Source: an uncultured Candidatus Saccharibacteria bacterium (GTDB lineage Bacteria > Patescibacteriota > Minisyncoccia > Phycocordibacterales > UBA2100). Taken from it: a stretch of DNA of 54,486 bases. The stretch's first letter is position 1. Each line of letters opens with the position of its first letter. Of this stretch, positions 17,928 through 27,567 are shown piece by piece. Under the pieces are notes generated by a model. The model saw nothing but the letters and a program-made list of their open reading frames with translations, was not told the DNA's origin and did not search any database. Position numbers and translations under genes: made by a program. The DNA lies in contig CAYIDD010000003.1 of NCBI GenBank assembly GCA_964362175.1, positions 22,430 to 76,915 of the forward strand. Direction: 5' to 3'.

Positions 17928-19025
17928 ATGAAGATAACAACAATAAAAGAAAAAATACTGAACGCGGTTCTCTTGGCGGAACGTATCACAGGAAAGAAGG
18001 AGTCTCTCCCCGTACTTTCTTGTGTGTTGTTTAATGTGAAAAACGAACTTACTATTCTTGCGACCAATCTTGAGGCTGGTATCGAGGTAGTGGTGCCGTG
18101 TGAGATCAATGAGGGTGGGGTTATTGCGGTGTCCGCAACGGTGCTTTCACAAACATTACGATCTATTTCGGGGGAGAAGATCATATTGAGGTCGGAGGAG
18201 GGGAATCTCATTGTTGAGTCGCGGGGGACAAAGACACTCATAAAAGCGACACCTTATGAGGAATTTCCGGCACTTGGGGTGGCGAAGGTTGGGAAGGGGG
18301 TACGCGTCGCGCGGAAGGAACTCATATGGGGTATCCAGTCGGTCTCGTACGCAGCGTCTCCTTCAATGATCCGACCGGAGTTGGGGAGTGTGTATGTATC
18401 GATCAAACAAGGGGCGATCGTATGTGTTGCGACCGACTCTTTCCGTCTCGCCGAAAAAACGATCCCCGGTGTTACGGGCACACAGAGCACCGAACTCCTT
18501 ATTCCCCTCAAACATGCGCTCGAACTCGTCCATGTGTTGGAGCGTATTGACGCGGTGGAGGTGGAGTTATCCACGGACGATTCCCAAATGTCTGTTTTTG
18601 TGGACGGCGTGCGGTATATCTCGCGCATCGTTGATGGCACATTCCCGAATTACAAAGAAATATTACCGAAAAAGTTTACGACGGAGGCGACCCTCCTCAA
18701 GGGTGATTTTTCGGAGATGTTGAAGAAGGCACGTGTCTTTTCAGGTAACGACCAGCACGTGGGGCTGCATGTGTACCCGAAACGAAAGATATTCAGCGCG
18801 ACGGCGCGGAGCGCGGAGGTGGGCGAGATGTCGGATTCGGTGGACGCCGCGCTCACAGGCGAAGATCTCGACATTAATTTCCACATCGGATATCTCGCAG
18901 ACTGCCTTTCTGTCATCGGGTCAGATTCCATTAAGTTAGGTTTTTCCGGCGCGGGGAAGCCCCTCGTCATCAGTGGCGTATCCGACGCATCATTTACCTA
19001 CCTCGTGATGCCTTTGAATAGGTAG
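17928..19025 (+). CDS. dnaN: DNA polymerase III beta sliding clamp
   Basis: 365 aa with the typical three-domain length, directly downstream of dnaA. The C-terminus ends ...YLVMPLNR. Confidence 0.95.
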   Translation: MKITTIKEKILNAVLLAERITGKKESLPVLSCVLFNVKNELTILATNLEAGIEVVVPCEINEGGVIAVSATVLSQTLRSISGEKIILRSEEGNLIVESRGTKTLIKATPYEEFPALGVAKVGKGVRVARKELIWGIQSVSYAASPSMIRPELGSVYVSIKQGAIVCVATDSFRLAEKTIPGVTGTQSTELLIPLKHALELVHVLERIDAVEVELSTDDSQMSVFVDGVRYISRIVDGTFPNYKEILPKKFTTEATLLKGDFSEMLKKARVFSGNDQHVGLHVYPKRKIFSATARSAEVGEMSDSVDAALTGEDLDINFHIGYLADCLSVIGSDSIKLGFSGAGKPLVISGVSDASFTYLVMPLNR

Positions 19026-19069
19026 GACGCGGCCAAGTGGGCGGTGCATCAAGGAAGGCTCACTCAACC

Positions 19070-21499
19070 TCATTGTGCCTGGAACATGACGGTGTGCTCT
19101 TCGTTTGTTCCGTCGGTATGAAGCGCGACGGCGCGCAAAACCCCCGTCCCCCCGGCGTTGGGGATATATAATGTCTCGTAGGGCGGCTGCCAAGTAGTGC
19201 CGATCAGGGCACCGTTCACGTAATACGAAACATTTTTAATACTCTTGCTTTGTGGTGATGATGCACTGAGCGTAGTGGCTTTCCCGACGAGAATGACGGC
19301 GCCCGCGCGCGGCGACGTTATTTGGAATCCTCCCGAAAGGGGTGCGTTGACGCCTGGAGCGCCGGAGTTGGCGGCGGGCGTGTTCCATTGCGGATTCTGG
19401 CCTGCCCAGATCGCAACAGAATAGTCCCAGTATGCGAATTGCGGGTCACGCGATGGATTGAGCGGTCTGCCACCGCGCGGGTTGTCTTTGTCGATCCAGT
19501 AGAGGATCTCGTGCACCCCTTGTGCCGGGTCGGTGTTCCAGTTGCCGGAAAGGACGGGAGGCATCGAGGCAACATCGGAATCCGGTGCGGGCGGCGGGAA
19601 GGCATCCGACCCTGAAGAATATTTTTCAAGCGCATAGAGCATGAATTCATGCCACATCGGAGCGATGATGAATGCCGCGATCCTTTTTTCCATCGGCGTG
19701 TTGTCATTATTTCCCGCCCACGCACCGATCGATATACCCGGCGTGTAGCCCAAGATCCACACGTCGCGGTAATCGTTGGTAGTTCCCGTTTTGTCTGCAA
19801 CATCATAACCGGGGAAGTGCAGGGGGGAATCAGCCCCGAATTCCGGCGTGCGCGCGACATTGTCCGAGAGAACATCGTTGATCTGCCGTGCGATCTGGGG
19901 GTCAACAACCTGCGCGCCCTTTTCTTCGTAGCTTTCGAGGATCTTCCCGCCCTTTTCTTCTACGCGCAGAATGCCAGTCGGGGCGTTCCTCACGCCGTCA
20001 TTCGCGAACACGCCGTATGCCCCCGTCATCTCGAGGAGGTTCACCTCACCACCTCCAAGGACAAGCGTAAGGCCGTACCGGTTGGCATCACCGAGTGTCG
20101 TAATGCCGAGCGCCTTGGCGGTCGCGAGAGAGTCGGGAACACCCGCCAGATAGAGCGTTTTAATTGCGGGAATGTTCACGGACTGGGCAAGTGCGTCGCG
20201 AAGCTTTATGGGGCCTTGGAATTTTCCGTCAAAATTTTCGGGGGAGTAGCACGGCGGCGTGTCGTTTAGGATGTCCGTCGGGGCACAGTGCGTCGAGAAC
20301 TGGGTCTTAAGGTCGAAAACCACCGTGTCCGGTGTGTAGCCCCTTTGGAATGCGGTCGCGTACACGAACGGCTTGAATGAGGAGCCTGGCTGGCGATCCG
20401 AAAGCGCGACGTTCACCTTGCCATCGATCGTCTCGTCAAAGTAACCGCGCGAGCCCACCATCGCCAATATCTGTCCGGTCTTCGGGTCGACCGCGACCAT
20501 CGCCTCGTTTGATGCATTGAAATTCTGCTGCATCTGCGGTGCCCACTTGGCGATGACGTTCTCGGCTTTTTTCTGCAGATCGTAATCGAGCGTCGTCACG
20601 ACGTGCAGACCGCCGCTTGCGACTGCATCAACCCCATATTTTTGTTCGAGGTATTCCCGTATGTAAAAAACGAAATGGGGGGCTTTGATGCCGGCTTCGG
20701 ATGAATTTCGGAAGTCCACCGTTTCTTTCAGGGCATTTTCGTACTCCTCAATCGTGATAAGGCCGTGTTCCTTCATACGGGAGAGTACGAGGTTGTGCCG
20801 CGCATCAAGCGCATCGCGGTGGTTGCCGTAGGGGGAATAATACGTCGGCGCCTGCGGGAGTGCCGCCAGATACGCCGCCTGTGCTAGGTCGATATCTTTC
20901 GCGTCGACTCCGAAGAAAAATTGGCTCGCTTCCTGCACGCCGTAGATGGTGCCCCCGTACGGGTTTTCGTTGAGGTATGCGTTCAGTATCTGTTCCTTGC
21001 TGTAGATGCGTTCGAGCCGTATCGCGAGAATAATTTCTTTTACTTTCCGTAGTATCGACTTGTCCTGAGTGAGGAGGGCGTTCTTGACGACCTGCTGTGT
21101 GATCGTGGAGCCGCCTTGTCCCGCGTATCCCTCCCGCAAGTGGAGCTGCACAAGAACGGCGCGCAAAAATGCCATCGGCCGGAAACCGTTATGGCTGTAG
21201 AATGTATCGTCTTCGATCGCGATCGAGGCGCTCTGGATATAGGGTGATATTTCCTCGAGAGGTACGGAGGTGCGACGCATTGAGCCATGTACATCGTAGA
21301 GAACGATGTTGCCCGTGCGGTCGTATATTTTCGTAGACTCCGCAATGCGCCGGTTCTCGAAGCTCGTTATCGAAGGGATCGGAACGAACGATGCCCAAAG
21401 CACGACGATCCCCGCCCCCAGAAATCCGATAACGCCGGCGCCAAGTAGGGCTGTCTCAACCCAACGGGGAAGGCGCCGACCCCTTTTGTTTGCGCGCAT
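19070..21499 (-). CDS. class A penicillin-binding protein (glycosyltransferase + transpeptidase) with a C-terminal extension
   Basis: GT51 motifs EDDTFYSHNG and GGSTITQQ. Transpeptidase motifs SSFKP (SxxK), SVN (SxN) and KTGTT. About 130 extra C-terminal residues. Confidence 0.9.
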   Translation of the reverse strand: MRANKRGRRLPRWVETALLGAGVIGFLGAGIVVLWASFVPIPSITSFENRRIAESTKIYDRTGNIVLYDVHGSMRRTSVPLEEISPYIQSASIAIEDDTFYSHNGFRPMAFLRAVLVQLHLREGYAGQGGSTITQQVVKNALLTQDKSILRKVKEIILAIRLERIYSKEQILNAYLNENPYGGTIYGVQEASQFFFGVDAKDIDLAQAAYLAALPQAPTYYSPYGNHRDALDARHNLVLSRMKEHGLITIEEYENALKETVDFRNSSEAGIKAPHFVFYIREYLEQKYGVDAVASGGLHVVTTLDYDLQKKAENVIAKWAPQMQQNFNASNEAMVAVDPKTGQILAMVGSRGYFDETIDGKVNVALSDRQPGSSFKPFVYATAFQRGYTPDTVVFDLKTQFSTHCAPTDILNDTPPCYSPENFDGKFQGPIKLRDALAQSVNIPAIKTLYLAGVPDSLATAKALGITTLGDANRYGLTLVLGGGEVNLLEMTGAYGVFANDGVRNAPTGILRVEEKGGKILESYEEKGAQVVDPQIARQINDVLSDNVARTPEFGADSPLHFPGYDVADKTGTTNDYRDVWILGYTPGISIGAWAGNNDNTPMEKRIAAFIIAPMWHEFMLYALEKYSSGSDAFPPPAPDSDVASMPPVLSGNWNTDPAQGVHEILYWIDKDNPRGGRPLNPSRDPQFAYWDYSVAIWAGQNPQWNTPAANSGAPGVNAPLSGGFQITSPRAGAVILVGKATTLSASSPQSKSIKNVSYYVNGALIGTTWQPPYETLYIPNAGGTGVLRAVALHTDGTNEEHTVMFQAQ

Positions 21500-21568
21500 T
21501 GCGGAATTGTAGCGTTTTTCCTGCTTTTTTCCACTGTTTACCGCGCGCGGGCGTGCCTCGCCGAAGCT

Positions 21569-22042
21569 TCAGCGTTGGCGGGCTAAATGCGTCACCGCGA
21601 TCGCTATCGCGTCGTATTCATCGTCACGTTCGATCTCCTTGTCGATCTTCACAAGAGCGTGGAGCATCCGTGCCACCGCCTTTTTGTCCGCGCCACCCCA
21701 GCCGGCTGCAGCACTCTTTACTTCGCCGGGAGTGTACTCAAAAACTTCAAGTCCCGCACCACTCGCAGCAGAAATAAGCGCGCCGCGAACTTCCGCGACA
21801 CGCATCGCGGTCTTTTGATTTTTCTCGAAGTATAATTTTTCGAGCGCCACATATTCGGGCGAATATTTTTCCATGAGCCGTGCGCATTCGCCGACAACGA
21901 CGGCAAGTCGCGCAGGAAAATCCATTTTCGAGGACGTTTCGATGCAGGCGGAATACAGAAGCACTTCCTTTCCACCATTATTTTTCTCGACGACCGCGAC
22001 CCCGCACCTGCCGTATCCCGGGTCTATCGCAAGGACTTTCAT
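21569..22042 (-). CDS. ruvC: Holliday junction resolvase RuvC
   Basis: MKVLAIDPGYGRCGVAVV start, plus the ...EYTP..VK and DAIAIAVTH motifs. Confidence 0.9.
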   Translation of the reverse strand: MKVLAIDPGYGRCGVAVVEKNNGGKEVLLYSACIETSSKMDFPARLAVVVGECARLMEKYSPEYVALEKLYFEKNQKTAMRVAEVRGALISAASGAGLEVFEYTPGEVKSAAAGWGGADKKAVARMLHALVKIDKEIERDDEYDAIAIAVTHLARQR

Positions 22043-22103
22043 CCGGTCATCATAACAAGATGCCGCAGATTCCGAACCTCGGTTCCGGTGGTACTATATA
22101 GGC

Positions 22104-22601
22104 GTGCGTTTCTTAGACACGAAAGGCGCGCTCTATCTCCGCAATCTCGTTTTTGGCGTGGAGGACGGTATCGTCTCGACGGTAGGACTCCTTTCGGGTA
22201 TTGCGATCGCCGGCGTTCCACGTCCGACCATTTTTCTTACGGGCATTGTGCTCATTTTCGTCGAGGCGGTTTCGATGGCCGCCGGCAGTTTTCTTTCGGA
22301 AGCGTCCGTGGATGAGGTTTCCGGTATGCACGACACCCCGCGTCAGTCGTTGTCCGCAGGGGTCATCATGTTCGCGTCGTATTTTGTGGCGGGTTTTATT
22401 CCGCTTCTCCCGTACGTGCTGCTTCTTGACGTCGGGTATGCGCTCCCCGTGTCGATTGCTGCGGCATTCTGCACACTGTTCCTGCTCGGGTATTGGAGTG
22501 GTAGGAATTCGCACGCCGCGTGGCGCAAGGCGCTGCGCATGGTACTCGTCGGCGGCACCGCTATTTTAGTCGGCACCTTCGCAGGAAGCATCGTCGCCTG
22601 A
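22104..22601 (+). CDS. VIT1/CCC1-family membrane transporter-like protein
   Basis: LVFGVEDGIVSTVGLLSGIA motif and a multi-TM layout. GTG start. Confidence 0.7.
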   Translation: MRFLDTKGALYLRNLVFGVEDGIVSTVGLLSGIAIAGVPRPTIFLTGIVLIFVEAVSMAAGSFLSEASVDEVSGMHDTPRQSLSAGVIMFASYFVAGFIPLLPYVLLLDVGYALPVSIAAAFCTLFLLGYWSGRNSHAAWRKALRMVLVGGTAILVGTFAGSIVA

Positions 22602-23132
22602 TCACTCGGCGTTCGTGAAAACCTCCTCCACGTCGTCGTGCGAATCTATCTTTTCCAAAATTCCCATTAATTTTTCATTGTCGGATTCCGAGAGCGCGAC
22701 GGTCGTCTTGGGCATGTATGCCACCCCAGTCCTCTCAAACGCCCACAAGGCGCTTCCGGGGGAGGCAAGTGCGAGTCCCATCTCGGAAAGCAGGTGTTTA
22801 ATCTCCTGAGCCGTTCTGTTGCGGTTGTCGGTCAAGGCCTCGATGACTATCGCTGCGCCGCCGGGGCCGTATGTTTCGTAGGTGATGGCCTCGAGTGCCG
22901 CCGCATCCGCCGCTATGCCCTTGGCGATGGCGCGCTCTATCGTGTCTTTGGGCATGTTGGATTTTTTTGCGGTCTCAATGACGGCGCGCAGCGACGGCGC
23001 GTTCACATCGCCGTTTGCTTTTTTGCTCTCCATCGCGATGCGTTTGCCGAGCTTGCCCCACAAATTGCTTTTCGCCGCATCCGCCGCGCCTTTTTGCCGC
23101 TTAATTTGAGCCCATTTGTTGTGTCCTGACAT
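22602..23132 (-). CDS. YebC/PmpR-family transcriptional regulator (short form)
   Basis: N-terminus MSGHNKWAQIKRQKGAADAAKS. Confidence 0.85.
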   Translation of the reverse strand: MSGHNKWAQIKRQKGAADAAKSNLWGKLGKRIAMESKKANGDVNAPSLRAVIETAKKSNMPKDTIERAIAKGIAADAAALEAITYETYGPGGAAIVIEALTDNRNRTAQEIKHLLSEMGLALASPGSALWAFERTGVAYMPKTTVALSESDNEKLMGILEKIDSHDDVEEVFTNAE

Positions 23133-23442
23133 GAGGGCATTCTACACCGGACTTTTCCACAGTTCTATCCACCCGAAATCCACTATTTTCGGGGTTTGCA
23201 CGCGTGCACGCGGATTTTTTGATGTTGTATATTTTCCTTTATCGATGTGCCTAACCGTGCGTCGGTCGTCACCGAGAGGACGGGAGTAATCCCCGACAAA
23301 CAGGTGATAGTTCCTTGGGTCTGTCGGTGTTCGCATCGAGACATTGCAGGAATCGTTCGGTCAGTGCGGTGGGGTAGTGTGCAAAGTGTGTGGAGATCGT
23401 ATCAAGACACATGGAGCAGATTACGCGACTCCTTGAATGACC

Positions 23443-23481
23443 GAAAAAGCAGAGACCCTCCAGCAATGGAGGGTCTCTTGC
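23443..23481 (-). terminator. intrinsic terminator downstream of the doc operon
   Basis: Stem agagaccctcc / ggagggtctct with a 6-nt loop. It is followed on the minus strand by a U-run (plus-strand aaaaa at 23444-23448). Confidence 0.6.
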
Positions 23482-23560
23482 TTACCGTGCGCTGTGACTT
23501 CCATAGTACACGTCATTTCTCGCACAACCTCTCTTATCCCCACATGTTTCCTTTGCAGCA

Positions 23561-24007
23561 CTAACGGTCGGAAGCTGCGCGTCGAACAAGAAATTTTCTG
23601 ATAAAAGATCGAATTCGTCGGATTTCTTTCCGGTTATTTTCCGGAGGACTTTTAGCGACTTCATTTGCAAATAGGTACAGGTCATCGTTGTCTACGGCGA
23701 TCCACCATCCGTTTCTATAAAGAAAGTAAAGAAGGGTCATCACAGCAACGCGCTTGTTGCCGTTTTGGAATGGATGGTTCTTTATCATGAGGTAAAAGAG
23801 AATCGCTCCCTTGCCCACGTGCCCACGGTATAGACTTTTCCCACTAAATTTTTGAAAAGGAGTTTTTAAACAACTTTCCAATCGGTCTGGAAAGCGTGTA
23901 TTGAAGGCTGGTATCGGTTCGCCCCACTCCATCAGCTCCTGAGCAAGGGCGTGAGCAACGGTTTCGATTTGGCGTACCGATATTTCCACCAGGGTAGACC
24001 GAGCCAT
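23561..24007 (-). CDS. doc: Doc (death-on-curing) Fic-fold toxin
   Basis: Doc-type Fic motif HPFQNGNKRVAV. Confidence 0.85.
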   Translation of the reverse strand: MARSTLVEISVRQIETVAHALAQELMEWGEPIPAFNTRFPDRLESCLKTPFQKFSGKSLYRGHVGKGAILFYLMIKNHPFQNGNKRVAVMTLLYFLYRNGWWIAVDNDDLYLFANEVAKSPPENNRKEIRRIRSFIRKFLVRRAASDR

Positions 24008-24022
24008 ATATTTTCTCTCGCA

Positions 24023-24283
24023 CTACTCTTCCTTGCCGAGGCGACGAAAAGCCACATTGTATTGTTTTACGGCTTTTTTTACGACACGTTCAATTTCGTT
24101 TTTTTGCTCCGCAGAAACAGAGGAGCCAAGAATTGTCTCAAGGTCTGCTCGGGCTATAATGTAATTTCTACCAACCTTTTGTGCGCGAAGTCGCCCTGCA
24201 GTAATTTTCTTTAAAATGGCCACACGACTAACCCCCATAATTTTGGCGATCTCTGAAACGGAGAAGTGTGTTTTTTGAGTCAT
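24023..24283 (-). CDS. excisionase/MerR-type HTH protein, putative antitoxin to Doc
   Basis: FSVSEIAKIMGVSRVAILKKITAGRL is an Xis-family HTH. It lies 15 nt upstream of doc. ATG at 24283; the ORF-track start at 24289 is GTG. Confidence 0.65.
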   Translation of the reverse strand: MTQKTHFSVSEIAKIMGVSRVAILKKITAGRLRAQKVGRNYIIARADLETILGSSVSAEQKNEIERVVKKAVKQYNVAFRRLGKEE

Positions 24284-24344
24284 GTCCACAGGTTATCATA
24301 TGATAACCAATAGCACAAGATTTAATATGAGGTCTATTTTGGCC

Positions 24345-25355
24345 CTAAATAAGGGGCTTTTGTGCCCTAGGGGCTTCGGCGCCGACGTGTTCGTAGCCTT
24401 TCTTGGTGACGGTACGGCCGCGGGGGGTGCGGTCGAGGAGACCGAGCTGCATGAGGTACGGCTCGTTCACTTCCTCGATGGTCGCCTCTTCTTCGGAGAG
24501 CGACGCTGCGATGGTTTTGAGTCCCACCGGCCCGCCGCCGAATTTCTCCACGATGATAGAGAGAATATCGCGGTCGGTTTGGTTGAGCCCGCCTTCGTCT
24601 ATCTCCAAAAGCGCGAGTGCTTTTTTCACCGTCTTCAGATCCAATTTTTCTTCGTTCACCTCCGCAAAATCCCGTGCGCGTTTGAGGAGATAGTTGGCGG
24701 TGCGCGGAGTAGCACGGCTGCGGGTCGCGATTTCCTTGAGAGATTCGCCGTCAATTTCTATTTTAAGTATTTTTGCCGAGCGTTTCAGTATCTCTGCTAT
24801 TTCATCGTCGCTGTAGTACTGCAAACGGAACGTACCGCCGGAAAATCGGGAGCGTAAGGGTGCCGAGAGCATTGAGATGCGCGTGGTGGCGGCAATGAGC
24901 GTGAACGGAGGCAGTTCCAGCTGCACGGTGCGTGCGGAGGGGCCTTTGCCGATGACGATGTCGAGCACGCCCGCCTCCATCGCGGGGTACATGACCTCTT
25001 CTATAGTACGGTTGAGGCGGTGTATCTCGTCTATGAATAGAACGTCGCCGGCGGAGAGGTTGGTCAAGATGGCGGCAAGGTCGCCCACGCGTTCGATGGC
25101 GGGGCCGGAGGTGGAACGCATGTTGGCTCCTATCTCTTTGGTCATCAAATGCGCCAGCGTGGTCTTGCCGAGCCCCGGCGGGCCATAGAGGAGCACGTGT
25201 TCGGGCTGATGGTTGCGGCCTTTCGCTGCCGTGAGGAGGATGCGGAGGTTCTCTTTTATGCCGGATTGTCCCACGTATTCCTTCCAATTCTCAGGGCGTA
25301 GCGCCTGATCGAGGGAACGGGGGCTTTTTTCTATTGTTGATTGGTCCTTTGTCAT
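24345..25355 (-). CDS. ruvB: Holliday junction branch-migration helicase RuvB
   Basis: Walker A GPPGLGKTTLA and Walker B LFIDEIHRL. Likely start MTKDQ at 25355; the longer ORF extends to 25403. Confidence 0.95.
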   Translation of the reverse strand: MTKDQSTIEKSPRSLDQALRPENWKEYVGQSGIKENLRILLTAAKGRNHQPEHVLLYGPPGLGKTTLAHLMTKEIGANMRSTSGPAIERVGDLAAILTNLSAGDVLFIDEIHRLNRTIEEVMYPAMEAGVLDIVIGKGPSARTVQLELPPFTLIAATTRISMLSAPLRSRFSGGTFRLQYYSDDEIAEILKRSAKILKIEIDGESLKEIATRSRATPRTANYLLKRARDFAEVNEEKLDLKTVKKALALLEIDEGGLNQTDRDILSIIVEKFGGGPVGLKTIAASLSEEEATIEEVNEPYLMQLGLLDRTPRGRTVTKKGYEHVGAEAPRAQKPLI

Positions 25356-25411
25356 AGAGAGTAGGCTCTTGGCGCTCGGTTGGAAGCGGCCTTGAGGACT
25401 CAAGTGAGCTA

Positions 25412-25439
25412 TTGACTTTTATATTCTATGTGATATACT
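25412..25439 (+). promoter_or_regulatory. near-consensus sigma70-type promoter
   Basis: TTGACT (25412-25417), a 16-nt spacer, then TATACT (25434-25439). Confidence 0.45.
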
Positions 25440-25445
25440 CGCGCC

Positions 25446-25740
25446 CAGTGGATTTCTCATTTCTACTGACCCAGTAGGCGAATCGGCTGATTCGTGACTT
25501 GGCAATAAAATCCAACAAGAGAGGCGCGCAGTATCGGGCGATGGTGACTTTTCCGAGGACGCGGCAGTTCTGTCGCTTGCGGCAGCTTGCTTCCGCCATC
25601 CTTAGGTCCTAGTCGCAACTTTGCATAAAAGCATCGCCCGATAGTGCTCACCTCCGATCCGCAAGAACCGTCCCGAGCGAATTCGAAGGATCTCCTTCTC
25701 AACGATAGCACCGCATTGCCTCCGTGCAATGCGGTTTTGT
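25446..25740 (+). ncRNA. candidate structured ncRNA of ~290 nt, class unassigned, strand uncertain
   Basis: The unit is bounded by the promoter above and by a 9-bp hairpin (25711-25719 / 25726-25734) followed by TTTTGT. It has a 12-bp perfect long-range stem (25532-25543 / 25632-25643), a 5' three-way junction (ggattt/aaatcc enclosing two hairpins), and no convincing ORF. G.U evidence for strand is mixed. Confidence 0.4.
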
Positions 25741-25755
25741 GGTGTAAAGAACGCT

Positions 25756-27453
25756 CTAGTTCCCGATAGTTTCCAACATCACTTCATCGCGCAGGTCCAC
25801 GACGCGACCGAGTTCTTCGAGCGAGGTAACGCCCTGCAGCACCTTCGCCACGCCATCTTGCGCCATCCGGCGGATCTTCTGATGCGTCGCTGCTTTCCAA
25901 ATGTCGCGCTCGCTTGATGTTTTGTGGACCACCTCTTCGATCTCCTTGTCCATGAGCACGACTTCCACAACGGCAATGCGGCCCTTGTATCCCAAGCCCC
26001 CGCATTTCGGACAGCCCTTCGGCACCCACATCGTCTCGCGGTTCGCGGGCAATTCGTCGGCGTGGGGGATGTTGCGCAGGATCGGTTCGATCGTCTTTGC
26101 GTCTTCCGGTCCGATGGGTTGCGCCACGCGGCAGTGTGGGCAAAGGCGGCGCACGAGACGTTGCGCCATCGCGACCGTAAGCGCCGCGCCCAAAATGTCC
26201 GCATTCACGCCCATGTCGATGAGGCGGGGGAAGGTGCCGGCGGCATCGTTGGTGTGGAGCGTGGAGAAGACCAAGTGGCCGGTGAGAGAAGCGTGCACTG
26301 CCGTCGAGGCGACCTCCGCATCACGGATCTCGCCGACCATGATGACATCCGGATCCTGACGCAAGGTGGAGCGCAGACCGAGCGCGAAACTATAATCCTT
26401 GGACACCTGCGTTTGCACGATGCCGGGCAGGTGGTATTCGATCGGGTCTTCGATGGTAACGATCTTAATGCCGGGATTATGCACCTGGCGCAAGAATGCG
26501 TAGAGCGTCGTCGTTTTACCGGAACCCGTCGGGCCGGTGTTCAATATCATGCCGTTAGGCTTCGTGATCTCGCGCGCGAATATTTCCATCAAGTATTTGT
26601 CAAAGCCAAGCTCCTCCATCGGGAGCGCGATCGTGGTCGGATCGAGTACGCGCATCACGATCGTCTCGGCATAGGCGCCGGGGAGGATGGAGGTACGTAT
26701 CTCGATCTCTTTTTGATTGACGACGATGGAGAAGCGGCCATCCTGCGCCGCACTTTTTATGTTCAACTTGAGGCCGGAGAGTAGCTTGATGCGCGAGGAA
26801 ATGAGCGTGTACGTCGGCGCGTCGAACGTCGTGGCTTCTATGAGCACGCCATCAAGGCGGTAGCGCATGCGCACGGCCTCCTCCTCCGGTTCCAGATGGA
26901 TGTCGGATGCGCCCAGAGAAAGCGCGCCGCCCATGATGATCTCGAGCACGCGCGAGATGCGGTGCGTGTCCTTGGATCCGGAATGCGATTGTATCTCAAG
27001 CTGCACGTCCTCGAGCGTTTTCAGCTTTTGAAGCATCTGCTGGATGGTTTCGTTGGAAAGCGTGAGAATGCCGGCCTCTGTTTCGGTGGCGTACGAGAGG
27101 TCATGGTAACGGTCCCACGCGTGCTCAAGTGATGCCTTGGACACCATGAAGCGTCGTACCGCATAGCCCAGCCGCTCAAGATCCGCCACCACCTGCAGCG
27201 CATCCTGCCGTTCGGGCGCGCGCATGGCGACGAAAAGTTGTTTGTTGACCTTGCGGAACGCCGCGATCTCGGCGGCGCGCGCGCGCTTTTCATCGATGAG
27301 TCGTAGCGAGTCGGTGTCGATGGATTTTGAGGTGAGGTCCACGTACTCGATGCCGTACTTGCTTGAGAGCATTTCCGCGAGCTGCTCCTCCTCGCGGCTG
27401 CGGAGCTCCGAGAGCCGCTCCTCCTGCTTCTTTTCGTTGAACTGTGTGGCCAT
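25756..27453 (-). CDS. pilB: type IV pilus / type II secretion assembly ATPase (PilB/GspE family)
   Basis: Walker A GPTGSGKTTT, the Asp/His boxes, and the tetracysteine motif CPHC...CPKC. ATG at 27453 (MATQFNEKK). Confidence 0.88.
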   Translation of the reverse strand: MATQFNEKKQEERLSELRSREEEQLAEMLSSKYGIEYVDLTSKSIDTDSLRLIDEKRARAAEIAAFRKVNKQLFVAMRAPERQDALQVVADLERLGYAVRRFMVSKASLEHAWDRYHDLSYATETEAGILTLSNETIQQMLQKLKTLEDVQLEIQSHSGSKDTHRISRVLEIIMGGALSLGASDIHLEPEEEAVRMRYRLDGVLIEATTFDAPTYTLISSRIKLLSGLKLNIKSAAQDGRFSIVVNQKEIEIRTSILPGAYAETIVMRVLDPTTIALPMEELGFDKYLMEIFAREITKPNGMILNTGPTGSGKTTTLYAFLRQVHNPGIKIVTIEDPIEYHLPGIVQTQVSKDYSFALGLRSTLRQDPDVIMVGEIRDAEVASTAVHASLTGHLVFSTLHTNDAAGTFPRLIDMGVNADILGAALTVAMAQRLVRRLCPHCRVAQPIGPEDAKTIEPILRNIPHADELPANRETMWVPKGCPKCGGLGYKGRIAVVEVVLMDKEIEEVVHKTSSERDIWKAATHQKIRRMAQDGVAKVLQGVTSLEELGRVVDLRDEVMLETIGN

Positions 27454-27567
27454 TGCCCCCCATTGTAGCGCATTAAAAATGGGGGGCGGGGGCCGGAGCA
27501 CCCTCTCCGCTCTCGCCTCGTTTCGGTGCCGCAAGCGGAGTCAAACCCGCGCGTGTACAATGTCGGC

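Noticed and set aside
23142-23442. A 300-bp non-coding stretch between yebC and the doc terminator, with ORFs 23247-23564 and 23269-23466. It was inspected for an RNA gene.
   Set aside because: It shows only short local palindromes (cgcgtgcacgcg). I found no long-range pairing, promoter/terminator pair or conserved RNA motif. The ORFs lack starts with an RBS and look random.
25445-25745. Assignment of the structured RNA to SRP RNA, RNase P RNA, tmRNA or 6S. Minus-strand 88-aa ORF 25463-25729.
   Set aside because: There is no tRNA-like 3' end or tag ORF (tmRNA). The P4 elements are in the wrong order and the RNA is too short (RNase P). The GGAA/AGC segment cannot be folded into a canonical SRP helix 8, and the 3' end does not pair back to the 5' domain. 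The ORF is Arg-rich and spans the stems.
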